From an uncultured Chloroflexia bacterium (GTDB taxonomy: Bacteria > Chloroflexota > Limnocylindria > QHBO01), in the NCBI GenBank assembly GCA_963816215.1, contig CAWFKB010000007.1:89202-153201 (forward strand): a stretch of 64,000 nucleotides of DNA, read 5' to 3'. The position numbers were made by a program, and so were the translations under genes. The notes beneath the pieces are model-generated. The model saw only the letters and a program-made list of their open reading frames with translations, was not told the origin of the DNA and did no database searches. Below, piece after piece: positions 27,717 through 37,807 of this stretch (within the stretch, counting starts at the first letter, position 1; each line of letters begins with the position of its first letter).

Positions 27717-28589
27717 TCAGCGTCTCCTGACGCGCGGGTCGAAGGCGTCCCGCATCCCGTCACCCAACAGGGTGAAGCCCACCAGCGCGATCCCCAGCGC
27801 GATCATGGGCGGGAACACGAGCCACGGCGCCTGGCCGAAGCGGTCGATCCCCTGATCGATCAGGCTGCCCCACGAGGCTCGGGGGATCTGCACCCCCAGG
27901 CCGAGGAACGACAATGTCGACTCGGCCAGAATGGCCATCGGGATCCCAAGGCTGATGGCGATGGCGATGGGCCCCATCGCCTGCGGCAGGATGTGGCTCC
28001 GGACGATGCGGCCGCCGGGGACACCGATGGCACGCGCCGCCTCGATGTCCTCGCGCTGCTTGAGGGACAGGGTCTGGGCTCGGACCAGGCGGGCGGTGCC
28101 GACCCACGCGATCAGACCGATGGCCACGAGCGTGGCGAGTAAGCCGTTGAGGATCGTGAAGAACGGGGTGTCGACGATCGCCGCCGAGATCATGATGATG
28201 AACAGCAGGTCGGGGAACGTCGCGATGATGTCGGTGAAGCGCATGAGCGCGGTCTCGGTCCTCCCGCCCCGCCAGCCGGCGGTCAACCCTACCGGGACGC
28301 CGATCGCGATCACCACCAGCTGGGCGACGAATGCCACCGTCAGCGAGACCCGGGCCCCGTCAACGGTGCGAGCCAGGAGGTCGCGGCCCAGGGTATCGGT
28401 GCCGAGTAGATGGTTCGGCGACAGCGGCGGGAGCGGGCCGTGGTTCTCCACGACCGCCGGGAGATCCTGGTCCTCGTAGGTCCATGGCAGGAGCGGCGGC
28501 ACGAAGACCGCGATGAACACGAGGCTCACCACGATCGCACTGCCCGCGATGCCTGCCGGACTGCTGATCAGCCGAGCGAGCGCATCCAT
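27717..28589 (-). CDS. ABC transporter permease (DppC/OppC-like)
   Basis: Multi-TM protein with the binding-protein-dependent transport signature around IEAARAIGVPGGRIVRSHILPQ. Confidence 0.8.
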   Translation of the reverse strand: MDALARLISSPAGIAGSAIVVSLVFIAVFVPPLLPWTYEDQDLPAVVENHGPLPPLSPNHLLGTDTLGRDLLARTVDGARVSLTVAFVAQLVVIAIGVPVGLTAGWRGGRTETALMRFTDIIATFPDLLFIIMISAAIVDTPFFTILNGLLATLVAIGLIAWVGTARLVRAQTLSLKQREDIEAARAIGVPGGRIVRSHILPQAMGPIAIAISLGIPMAILAESTLSFLGLGVQIPRASWGSLIDQGIDRFGQAPWLVFPPMIALGIALVGFTLLGDGMRDAFDPRVRRR

Positions 28590-28650
28590 CCAGAAGCCAC
28601 GGCTCCGCTCTCTCGGTCGGGACACTTCGCCGGCGCGGGCCGCTCGAGCA

Positions 28651-29649
28651 TCAGCCACCAGGAATCGCCTCCGGCGCGCCCATCGACCCGTCGCGGATCC
28701 GAGGGTCGATGACCCCATAGGCGATGTCGACGACCGCGTTGGCAATCGCAACCACGATCGCGTAGATGAGGGTGATGGCCATCAGCAGGGTGTAATCGCG
28801 GCCGCGAATCGCGAAGTAGTACAGGTTGCCAAGCCCCGGGATGTCGAACACACGCTCGACCACGATGGAGCCGGTGATCAGGAGGGCGAGGATCGATCCG
28901 GCAATGGTCACGATCGGGATGGCGGCGTTTCGAAGCAGGTGGACCCGCACGACCTGCTTCTCGGGCACGCCCTTGGAGTGCGCCGTGCGGATGTAGTCCG
29001 CCTGCAGGACCTCGAGCACGGCAGCCTTGGTGTGGCGCGCGATCTGGGCCATGGGCAAGCCGGCCAGGGCGAGGGTCGGCAGGATCCAGTGTCGCGGGGT
29101 TTCCCAGCCACTCCGCGGGAACAGGCCTTCCAGCGGTGGCAGCGGGGTCGAGCCGGGGAACACTGGGCCTCGGGCGGCACCCAGGGTGAGCTGGAGGAAG
29201 GCGGCCAGAGCGAAGGCGGGGAGTGCCATGCCGGCCAGAGCCAGGATGCTTGCCGCGTAGCCCGAGGGTCGTCGTTGGCGCAGGGCGGCTACCAGCCCGA
29301 GGGGGACACCGATCCCCACCGCGACGGCAAAGGCCAGGACGCACAGCAGGAGGGTCGGGCCGATCGCGGCCCCGACGGCATCGGCCACCTCGTACCGCTC
29401 GGTCGAGGTTCCGATACCAAAATCTCCCTGGAGCATGTGACCCAGCCACGCCAGGTACTGGATGGGGAGTGGCTGGTCGAGCCCGAGCTCCTCGGTCAGG
29501 CGCTCGACGACCGCCGGCTCGAGCTGGCGGCCCTCGCGGTTCCACGGGCTGCCGGGGGCGACGTGCATGATCGTGAAGGCGACGATCGAGGCGCCCAGCA
29601 CGATGGGAATGACCCATGCCAGCCGACGAACCGCGTAGCGAAGAAGCAC
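28651..29649 (-). CDS. ABC transporter permease (DppB/OppB-like)
   Basis: Multi-TM protein with the conserved DYIRTAHSKGVPEKQVVRVHLLRNA segment. Confidence 0.8.
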   Translation of the reverse strand: MLLRYAVRRLAWVIPIVLGASIVAFTIMHVAPGSPWNREGRQLEPAVVERLTEELGLDQPLPIQYLAWLGHMLQGDFGIGTSTERYEVADAVGAAIGPTLLLCVLAFAVAVGIGVPLGLVAALRQRRPSGYAASILALAGMALPAFALAAFLQLTLGAARGPVFPGSTPLPPLEGLFPRSGWETPRHWILPTLALAGLPMAQIARHTKAAVLEVLQADYIRTAHSKGVPEKQVVRVHLLRNAAIPIVTIAGSILALLITGSIVVERVFDIPGLGNLYYFAIRGRDYTLLMAITLIYAIVVAIANAVVDIAYGVIDPRIRDGSMGAPEAIPGG

Positions 29650-29706
29650 CTCACCTCCTGCCTAGTAGAACCCCGGGCCACCGGCGCGAGTTCAGATTGG
29701 CGACGT

Positions 29707-30729
29707 TCAGGGCTGGGCGGAAACGGCCCGCAGCTCCCCGGAAGGCCCGGTCACGACGATCGACTCGCCGCTGACGAAGGATCGCTCATCGGGCGGATGA
29801 GCCTCGTGGCGCTCCTCGCCCTGGAAGACGGCGAGGGTGAACACGCCGCGCTGGCGGAGTTCTCCGACGCTGCGTCCTTCGAGCCAGCTGCCCGCGGTCA
29901 CGGGCAGCTCCTCGATCGAGAAGTTGAGCTCGCCGTGGGACAGCGCGGCATCGATGAAGTCGATGACCCGCGGCCGCACCGCCAGCTCCGCGATCCGGCG
30001 GCCGGCGGTCCCATATGGCGAGACGACGCGATTCGCCCCTGCCCGGATGAGCTTGGCCTCCGACTCCACGGCGTTGGCGCGGGCAACGATGAACAGGTTC
30101 GGGTTGAGCTGACGGGCGGACAGGACGATGAACACGTTCTCGGAGTCCGTGTCGACGCAGGCAATCAGGCCGCGCGCGCGGGCCACGCCTGCCTCTTCGA
30201 GAACGTGGTCCGTCGTCGCATCGCCGGGGACGACCATGTGGCCATCGCCCGCCGCCCGCGCGCGCGAAGCCTCATCGGTGTCGATCACCACGACCGGGTG
30301 GCCGGCGTGGTTCAGCTCGCGGGCCACGGCCGCCCCGACCCGTCCGTATCCGCACAGGATCATGTGGCCTCGCGCCGCTTCGACCGACCGTGCCATGTTC
30401 CTCGCCTCCCGACGGCCGCTCGCGACCTCGTCCACCACGTACTCGCTGATGATCCCAATGGACCCAAAGATGATGGCCACCCCGGCGACCGACATGACCA
30501 TGGCCCACACCCGCCCGACGCTGTCGAGCTCGTGGACCTCGCGGAACCCGACCGTGGTCAGGGTCGTGATGGTCTGGTACAGCGCATCCTCGACAGTCCA
30601 GTGCTCGAGGAGCGCGAATCCCGCCGTCCCCACCACCACCGCGCTGATGGCCACCAGCAGGAGGGAGCGGACGTGACGCACGGTCACCCGGGCGGCGCCC
30701 GTCCAGGCGGCAACCGAGGGCTCAGTCAC
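29707..30729 (-). CDS. Potassium channel-like protein with RCK/TrkA domains (pore sequence TVGFRE)
   Basis: Two TM helices plus a pore helix with LTTVGFREV, followed by a TrkA-N Rossmann motif (ILCGYGRVG) and a TrkA-C domain. Confidence 0.75.
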   Translation of the reverse strand: MTEPSVAAWTGAARVTVRHVRSLLLVAISAVVVGTAGFALLEHWTVEDALYQTITTLTTVGFREVHELDSVGRVWAMVMSVAGVAIIFGSIGIISEYVVDEVASGRREARNMARSVEAARGHMILCGYGRVGAAVARELNHAGHPVVVIDTDEASRARAAGDGHMVVPGDATTDHVLEEAGVARARGLIACVDTDSENVFIVLSARQLNPNLFIVARANAVESEAKLIRAGANRVVSPYGTAGRRIAELAVRPRVIDFIDAALSHGELNFSIEELPVTAGSWLEGRSVGELRQRGVFTLAVFQGEERHEAHPPDERSFVSGESIVVTGPSGELRAVSAQP

Positions 30730-30967
30730 CGCCCGATCCTACGCGAGAGGAATCGGTCAGAAGGGCTGGTTTTGGGCATTCGAGGGGGATATAGTCGCCC
30801 GCGTCACGCCGCGCCGGCGCCCGTCCCGCGTCGCTCTCGCAGGTCCCGCCGCGCAGGAGAAAGGAGCCGCCCGCCGGCATCACTGTCCCTCGCAACTGCC
30901 TGTGTCCGCCCCGCCCGAACTCGCGGGGTGTTCGCCCCCTTCAGACCCAGCAACAGTGAGGTTTCGG

Positions 30968-32584
30968 ATGTCGCAGATGTCCAGCAAGGACGATGTGCTG
31001 GCGCAGGATCGCAGCGACCTGCACGGCCTCGGCTACGCCCAGGAGCTCCTTCGGTCCATGGGCGGATTCAGCAACTTCGCGATCAGCTTCTCAATCATTT
31101 CCATCCTGACCGGCGCGGTCATCCTCTACAACTACGGCCTCAATCTGGCCGGTCCGGCCGCGGTCGGCATCGGCTGGCCGCTTGTCACGTTCTTCACGCT
31201 GATGATCGCCGCCACCATGGCCGAGCTCGCATCGGCATACCCCACCGCCGGCGGTCTCTACTACTGGGCCAGCAAGCTCCGCAACAAGGACTGGGGCTGG
31301 TGGACGGCGTGGCTGAACCTGGGTGGCCAGGTCTCGATCGTGGCCGGCATCAACTACTCGGCGGCGTTCTTCCTGACAGCCACGATCATCAACCCCCTGC
31401 TCGGCGGGACGTTTGATCCCGCCGCCGATACACTCGGCGTCCAGAACGCCATCTGGATGACCGGCGTCCTCATCGCGATCGAAGTCGTATTCAACGTAGC
31501 CGGAACCCGGATCGTGGCGTTCATGAACGACCTGTCCGTGTGGTGGCACATCTTCTTCGTGGCCGCCATCGCCATCGCCCTGGTGACCATTGGCACGCAG
31601 CCGACCAATGACATCGACTTCCTGTTCACCGTCGCGCCGGCCGGAACGGCGGCGGATGGTACGCCGTGGGAACAGATCATCCCCTTCGGCATTGCGGGTG
31701 CGTTCGCCCTGAGCCTGCTGCAGGCGCAGTGGACATACACCGGGTACGACGCATCGGCCCACGTCGCCGAGGAGACCGTCTTCGCTCGGCGGGCTTCGGC
31801 CTGGGGCGTGTTCCTCTCGGTGGCCGTCTCCGCCATCGCGGGCTACGTCGTCCTCATGGCCCTGAACCTGAAGATGCCTCCGCCGGCTGACGTCATGGCC
31901 AACAGCGGCGGCTTGGGCATCAAGTACATCCTCGAGCAGAACCTGGGCGCGGGCCTCAACAACCTCGGCGGCCTCCTCGCGGCTGGCGTGGCGATCGCGA
32001 TGACGTTCTGCGGCTTCTCGTCGATCGCCTCGGCCGGGCGCATGCTGTTCGCCTTCAGCCGGGACGACGGTGTTCCCGGGAGTCGTTGGCTGAAGAATGT
32101 CAGCCACCGCTTCCGGACCCCGGCCAATTCGGTGATCGCGATCAGCCTCTTCTCGTGGTTGCTGATCATGCTGGTCTACCTGATCTTCACGCTGGCCGGC
32201 GCCGATCCGCTGTTCCTCATCGCCGGAATCGTCGGCGTGAGCACGGTGCTGCTCTACTGGGCCTACGGGCTCTGCATCCTGCTCGGCCTCATCGGCGATC
32301 AGTCATGGCGCGAGCGCCAGACCTGGAGCCTGGGCCGATGGAGCAAGCCGCTGGCCTGGATCTCGGTGATCTGGATCATCCTCATCACCCCGTTGTTCCT
32401 CTATCCGTTCGAGTTGAATGCAGCCTCCCTGGCGACCGTTGCCGGCTTCCTCGTGCTGCTGCTCGTCTACTACTTCGTATGGGCGCGGAGCCGGTTCAAG
32501 GGCCCGATCCCGCAGGGAACGGCCGAAGAGCTGGAAGCCATCGAACGCGAGTTCGAAGATGCGGCGACCGCTATCTCGACCTGA
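30968..32584 (+). CDS. APC-family amino acid/amine permease
   Basis: About 12-TM permease with APC-type segments. ATG at 30968. Confidence 0.8.
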   Translation: MSQMSSKDDVLAQDRSDLHGLGYAQELLRSMGGFSNFAISFSIISILTGAVILYNYGLNLAGPAAVGIGWPLVTFFTLMIAATMAELASAYPTAGGLYYWASKLRNKDWGWWTAWLNLGGQVSIVAGINYSAAFFLTATIINPLLGGTFDPAADTLGVQNAIWMTGVLIAIEVVFNVAGTRIVAFMNDLSVWWHIFFVAAIAIALVTIGTQPTNDIDFLFTVAPAGTAADGTPWEQIIPFGIAGAFALSLLQAQWTYTGYDASAHVAEETVFARRASAWGVFLSVAVSAIAGYVVLMALNLKMPPPADVMANSGGLGIKYILEQNLGAGLNNLGGLLAAGVAIAMTFCGFSSIASAGRMLFAFSRDDGVPGSRWLKNVSHRFRTPANSVIAISLFSWLLIMLVYLIFTLAGADPLFLIAGIVGVSTVLLYWAYGLCILLGLIGDQSWRERQTWSLGRWSKPLAWISVIWIILITPLFLYPFELNAASLATVAGFLVLLLVYYFVWARSRFKGPIPQGTAEELEAIEREFEDAATAIST

Positions 32585-32682
32585 GATCCATGCGACCCTG
32601 AACCAAGGACGGGCCGGCCGGGACAACCGGCCGGCCCGTCTCACCCGAGCGACCTGACACCGTGCCCGACGAGGACTTCGCG

Positions 32683-34062
32683 ATGACGACCACCAAGGAC
32701 CACCCCAGCAAAGCCGTCCTGACCCAGGCCATCCACGACGGGCAGATCGACACCCTGATCGTGGCCCTGACCGACATGCAGGGCCGCCTCATGGGCAAGC
32801 GGGTCCAGGGCCAGGCGTTCCTGAACGGCGCCATCGACCACGGCGCCCACTTCTGCACGTACCTCCTCGGCACGGACATGGAGATGAACACGCCCGATGG
32901 CTTCCAGCTCATGAACTGGGAGACGGGGTACGGCGACTGGATCGCCGATCCGCTATGGGACACCTACCGGGTGGTGCCGTGGCTGGAGAAGACGGCCATC
33001 GTCCTTTCCGACACGGTGGACCACCACGGGCACGAGATTGCCGTCTCGCCACGGACCATGCTCAAGCGCGTCGTCGAGAAGGCGACCGAGATGGGATTCC
33101 GGGCCATGGCCGGTTCGGAGTACGAGTACTACCTGCTGGCCGATACCTACGAGCAGGCCTGGGAGAAGGGCTACGTCGGGCTCAAGCGGTTCGGCTACTA
33201 CAACGAGGACTACCACCTCCTGCAGGCCACCAAGGGCGAGCCGATCCACGGCAAGCTGCGCAACCTCATGACCGAGGCCGGGATCCCGGTCGAGTTCAGC
33301 AAGGGCGAGGCGGCGCCCGGCCAGCACGAGGTCAACATCCACTACACCGACGTGCTGGAGATGGCCGACTGGTCGGTCCTCTTCAAGCACGGGGCCAAGG
33401 AGATCGCCTGGCTGAACGGGATGGGCCTGACCTTCATGGCCAAGCCCGATCACACCTGGACCGGCTCCAGCGGCCACCTGCACATGTCCCTGTGGGACAA
33501 GACCGGCAAGAAGGCGCTCTTCTACGACCCCAAGGCCGAGCCGTACGGCATGTCGAAGACCATGCGCCACTTCCTGGGCGGGATGATGAAGTACTCGCGC
33601 GAGCTCTCGATCTTCTGGGCCTGGAACGTGAACTCGTACAAGCGCTACGCCGTGGCGTCGTGGGCGCCGGTGAACGTGGTGTGGGGGCGGGACAACCGCA
33701 CCACCGGGTTCCGGATCGTGGGCGACGAGTCGGGGCTCCACGTCGAGAACCGCTTCCCCGGCGGCGACATGAACCCGTACCTGGCGTACGCCGCGGTGAT
33801 CGGGGCCGGGCTGCTGGGGATCGAGCGCGAGATCGAGCCGCCGGACGAATACGTGGGAAACGGGTACGTGGCCACCGGCTGCGACCGCATGCCGCGCGCG
33901 CTGCACGAGGCCATCCGCGAGCTCGAGGCCAGCGAGGCGGCAGCCGACATCTTCGGTCCCAACGTCGTGGCCCACTACCTCAACGCGGCGCGCGTGGAGC
34001 AGGAGACCTACGACGCGATCGTCCATCCGTGGGACCGCGAGCGCTACCTGGAACGGGGCTAA
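32683..34062 (+). CDS. Glutamine synthetase-like gamma-glutamyl-amine ligase (PuuA/GlnA3/GlnA4-type)
   Basis: GS catalytic-domain motifs (HYTDVLEMADW, GSSGHLHMSLW, NRFPGGDMNPYLA). I prefer the ATG at 32683 (AGGA 8 nt upstream) over the GTG at 32662. Confidence 0.8.
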   Translation: MTTTKDHPSKAVLTQAIHDGQIDTLIVALTDMQGRLMGKRVQGQAFLNGAIDHGAHFCTYLLGTDMEMNTPDGFQLMNWETGYGDWIADPLWDTYRVVPWLEKTAIVLSDTVDHHGHEIAVSPRTMLKRVVEKATEMGFRAMAGSEYEYYLLADTYEQAWEKGYVGLKRFGYYNEDYHLLQATKGEPIHGKLRNLMTEAGIPVEFSKGEAAPGQHEVNIHYTDVLEMADWSVLFKHGAKEIAWLNGMGLTFMAKPDHTWTGSSGHLHMSLWDKTGKKALFYDPKAEPYGMSKTMRHFLGGMMKYSRELSIFWAWNVNSYKRYAVASWAPVNVVWGRDNRTTGFRIVGDESGLHVENRFPGGDMNPYLAYAAVIGAGLLGIEREIEPPDEYVGNGYVATGCDRMPRALHEAIRELEASEAAADIFGPNVVAHYLNAARVEQETYDAIVHPWDRERYLERG

Positions 34063-34065
34063 CCG

Positions 34066-34833
34066 ATGCGATTGAGCGACAAGGTCGCCGTCATCACCGG
34101 CGCCGGAAGCGGGATGGGCCGCACGGCGGCCCTGATGTTCGCGGCCGAGGGCGCCAAGGTGGTGGTGGCCGAGTACGACGAGGCGGCCGGCGCCGAAACC
34201 CGCGACCAGGTGATGGCCGCGGGCGGGGACGCCGTGTTCGTGAAGACCGATGTCTCGTCAGAGACCGATGCGGCCGCCATGGTGGCGGCCGCCATGGATC
34301 GGTATGGGCGGCTGGACGTCCTCTACAACAATGCCGGGATCATGCCCGAGGCCGATCACTCGGTGACCGACACCGACGTCGAGACCTGGGACCAGGTGAT
34401 GGCCATCAACGTCCGTGGCGTGTTCCTGGGCTGCAAGTACGCGATCCCGCGCATGCTGGAGCAGGGGTCCGGATCGGTCATCAACATCAGCTCGTTCGTC
34501 GCCCTGCTCGGCTGCTCGGTCCCGCAGGACGCGTACACCGCCTCGAAGGGCGCCGTGCTGTCGCTGACCCGGTCATTGGCCGTCCAGTTCGGTCCCCAGG
34601 GAGTGCGCTCCAACGCCATCTGCCCCGGCCCCATCGAGACGCCGCTCCTCATGGACTGGCTGCTGAAGGACGAGGCGGCCAAGAACCTGCGCCTCGCCCG
34701 CAACCCCACCGGCCGGTTCGGCAAGCCCGAGGAGATCGTGAACGTGGCTGTCTACCTGGCCTCGGACGAGTCACGCTGGACGAACGGCGCCCATTTCGTC
34801 ATCGACGGCGGAATCAGCGTCAACTACTTCTAG
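34066..34833 (+). CDS. Short-chain dehydrogenase/reductase
   Basis: TGAGSGMG cofactor motif, NNAG, catalytic YTASK. Confidence 0.85.
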   Translation: MRLSDKVAVITGAGSGMGRTAALMFAAEGAKVVVAEYDEAAGAETRDQVMAAGGDAVFVKTDVSSETDAAAMVAAAMDRYGRLDVLYNNAGIMPEADHSVTDTDVETWDQVMAINVRGVFLGCKYAIPRMLEQGSGSVINISSFVALLGCSVPQDAYTASKGAVLSLTRSLAVQFGPQGVRSNAICPGPIETPLLMDWLLKDEAAKNLRLARNPTGRFGKPEEIVNVAVYLASDESRWTNGAHFVIDGGISVNYF

Positions 34834-34882
34834 GGCCGGGCAACAGGTCGCTCGCCTGACCGGGGATATACTCGGGCCCCTG

Positions 34883-36373
34883 ATGACGACCGAAACGACC
34901 GCCGCCGCTGACCTTGCCCCGAGCGTGGGCGCGATGCAGATGATCATTGGTGGCGAGCACGTGGACGCCGCTGACGGGCAAACGTTCGAGGTCATCAACC
35001 CGGCCACCGGAGCGGTACTGGCGACGGCCCCCATGGGCGGCCCCGAGGACGTCAACCGGGCGGTCGCCGCGGCCCAGAAGGCCCTGGACGACCCGAAGGG
35101 CTTCTCGTCCTGGTCAGCAGCCAAGCGCGGCCGCGCCCTCCAGAAGCTGAGCAACCTGGTCAAGGATCACCTGGAGGAGCTGGCTCAGCTCGAGAGCCGC
35201 AACGTGGGCAAGCCCATCTCCGGCGCCCGCGGCGAGGCCTTGGGGGTCAGCCTCGTGTTCGAGTACTACGCCGGCGCGGCCAACAAGCATTTTGGCCAGA
35301 CCATCCCAACCAGCAAGCCGGGGCTCGACTTCACGCTGCGCGAGCCCATCGGCGTGGTGGGCCTGATCGTGCCCTGGAACTTCCCGATGAACATGGCGTC
35401 CTGGAAGCTGGGGCCTGCCCTGGCCACCGGCAACGCCTGCATCCTCAAGCCGGCCTCCTACACGCCGCTCACCGCGCTGCGACTCGGGGAGCTGGCGCTG
35501 GAAGCCGGGTTCCCGCCGGGCATCGTGAACGTGGTCACCGGTCCGGGCGGCACCGCGGGTGCGGCCATCGCCGCCCATCCAGGGGTTGGCAAGGTGGCCT
35601 TCACCGGCGAGACGACGACCGGCCAGGAGATCCTGCGCCTGGCGGCGGGGAACGTGAAGAAGGTGAGCCTCGAGCTGGGCGGAAAGAGCCCGAACATCGT
35701 GTTCGCCGACGCCGACCTGGACCGATTCGCCCGCGAGTCGCCCTACGCGGTGTTCGACAACGCCGGCCAGGACTGCTGTGCGCGGAGCCGGATCTTCGTC
35801 GAGGCATCGGTTCACGACCAGGTCGTGGCCGCCTTCATCGAGGCCACGCGCAACGTCAAGGTCGGTGACCCCGCCGACGAGGGGACTGAGATGGGGAGCC
35901 TCGTCAGCCAGCGCCAGCGCGAGCGGGTGGCGGACTACATCCAGGTCGGCCGGGACGAGGGAGCGGAGCTGGCGTATGGCGGGGAGGCCCCGACCGGTGA
36001 TCCGTTCGACGACGGCGCATACCTGATGCCCACCATCTTCGACGGCTGCCGGACCGACATGCGGATCGTGCGCGAGGAGATCTTTGGTCCGGTGGTTGCC
36101 ATCATCCCGTTCGCGGACGAAGCGGAGGCCGTGCGCCTGGCCAACGACACGCCGTATGGGCTGTCGGGATCGGTCTGGAGCCGGGACATCGGCAAGGCGA
36201 TCCGGGTCGCCAAGGGCCTCAAGGCGGGCGTCCTGTCGGTGAACTCCAACAGCAGCGTGCACACCGAGGCGCCCTTCGGCGGCTACAAGATGAGCGGGAT
36301 CGGGCGCGAGCTGGGAATGGGGGCGCTCGACCTGTTCACCGAGGTCAAGAACGTCTTCGTCGACCTGACCTGA
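34883..36373 (+). CDS. NAD(P)-dependent aldehyde dehydrogenase
   Basis: 496 aa. ELGGKSP and the Cys context QDCCARSRIFVEAS. Full-length ALDH. Confidence 0.85.
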   Translation: MTTETTAAADLAPSVGAMQMIIGGEHVDAADGQTFEVINPATGAVLATAPMGGPEDVNRAVAAAQKALDDPKGFSSWSAAKRGRALQKLSNLVKDHLEELAQLESRNVGKPISGARGEALGVSLVFEYYAGAANKHFGQTIPTSKPGLDFTLREPIGVVGLIVPWNFPMNMASWKLGPALATGNACILKPASYTPLTALRLGELALEAGFPPGIVNVVTGPGGTAGAAIAAHPGVGKVAFTGETTTGQEILRLAAGNVKKVSLELGGKSPNIVFADADLDRFARESPYAVFDNAGQDCCARSRIFVEASVHDQVVAAFIEATRNVKVGDPADEGTEMGSLVSQRQRERVADYIQVGRDEGAELAYGGEAPTGDPFDDGAYLMPTIFDGCRTDMRIVREEIFGPVVAIIPFADEAEAVRLANDTPYGLSGSVWSRDIGKAIRVAKGLKAGVLSVNSNSSVHTEAPFGGYKMSGIGRELGMGALDLFTEVKNVFVDLT

Positions 36374-36374
36374 G

Positions 36375-37807
36375 TTGACTCCGCCTCCGTTCCAGCTCCC
36401 CGAGACCCGCCCCGCTCCCCTCACCATTCGCCGGTTCGCCGCGCTCGTGGCGGGCAAGGCGGCGGCCAGCGCCACCCGTCTCACCGGTCGAGGCGGCGGA
36501 ACCTCGCTGCCGGGGATGGTCGCCCGGCGGCTGGACCCCGGCATCCTGTCGGACCTGGTCGGGGACCGGGGGGTGCCGGTCCTGGCCATCACCGGGTCCA
36601 ATGGCAAGACCACGACCGCCCGGTTCACCGCTGCCCTCCTCCGGGCGGCCGGCCTCCCGGTTGCTCATAACCAGGCGGGCGCGAACCTCGTCCAGGGGGT
36701 GACCTCTCTGGCGGTAGCAACGGCCGATCTCCGGGGCCGTATGCCGCCAGTGGTGCTGGTGAGCGAGATCGACGAGGGCGCGCTCCCGCTGGTGGCGCCC
36801 GAGATCCGGCCCCGTGCCATCCTCGTGACGAACCTCTTCCGCGACCAGCTGGATCGGTACGGCGAGATCTATGCCGTGGCCGACCTCTTCGAGTCGGTCG
36901 CGGCTGGGCTGCCGGCGGACAGCGTGCTGGTCGTGAATGCCGATGATCCGATCGTGGCCGGGCTGGCGCCGGGTCGTCTCGGGACGCTGCGTCACGTTCG
37001 GCATGGACCTCGCCGAGTCGACGGACACCATCACCCGGGCCGCGGACACGATCCGCTGCCCGGTGTGTCGGGCGGACCTCGTCTACGACAAGGTCTACCT
37101 CTCGCACATGGGCGCGTGGCACTGCGATGCCTGCGGCCTGACCCGCCGCGAGCTGGACGTGGCGGTGACCGCGGTCGAGGTCCGCGGACTGGCCGAGACG
37201 CGCTTCACCGTCCGCACGCCGGATCGCGTCCTGGAGCTGACGGTCCCCCAGTCGGGCGTGCACGTCGCCTACGACGCGGCGGCGGCCATCGCCCTGGCCT
37301 ACGGCCTGGGCGTCGTCCCTGGATCACGCGGCAGAGGCGCTGGCGGCGGTCGGCCCTGCCTTCGGACGGCTGGAACGGATCACGGCCGGCGACCGCCAGA
37401 TCGTGCTGGGCTTTGCGAAGAACCCCACCTCGTACAACACGACCCTGCGCGCCCTCGCCACCGAGGGCCTGCCCGAGCAGCTGCTGATCGCGGCCAGCAA
37501 CACGCTCGTTGACGGCGAAGACTTCGGGTGGCTGTGGGACGTGGAGTTCGAGGGCGCGGTCCCACGGATCAAGGCCGCCACGGTCTCCGGCCTCCGCGCC
37601 GACGAGCTGGCCAACCGGCTGAAGTACGCGGGGCTGGACCCGGCGCGCATCACCGTGGTCGAGGACCGCGTCCCGGCCCTGGACCACGCCCTGGCCGGAC
37701 TCGAGCCCGGCGGCGTGCTCACCGTGCTGGCGGGCTACACCCCGACCATCGAGCTCCGCGAGGAGATGCGCCGTCGCGGCTGGGTTGGGCGATACTGGGC
37801 CGCATGA
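36375..37807 (+). CDS. murT: Lipid II isoglutaminyl synthase subunit MurT (Mur-ligase-like + DUF1727), with two apparent frameshifts
   Basis: TTG start 1 nt after the ALDH stop. AITGSNGKTTT P-loop, Cys4 zinc ribbon CPVCRADL...HCDACG, and C-terminal LGFAKNPTSYNTTLRAL. The gene is spread over three frames, with shifts near 36981 and 37318. Confidence 0.7.

Noticed and set aside
30730-30967. About 240-nt leader upstream of the first APC permease, considered as a possible glycine or other riboswitch
   Set aside because: I could not find the conserved cores (for example CCGAAGG / GGAGAG-type elements) by eye. It is only GC-rich with short stems. Not supportable without a covariance-model scan.
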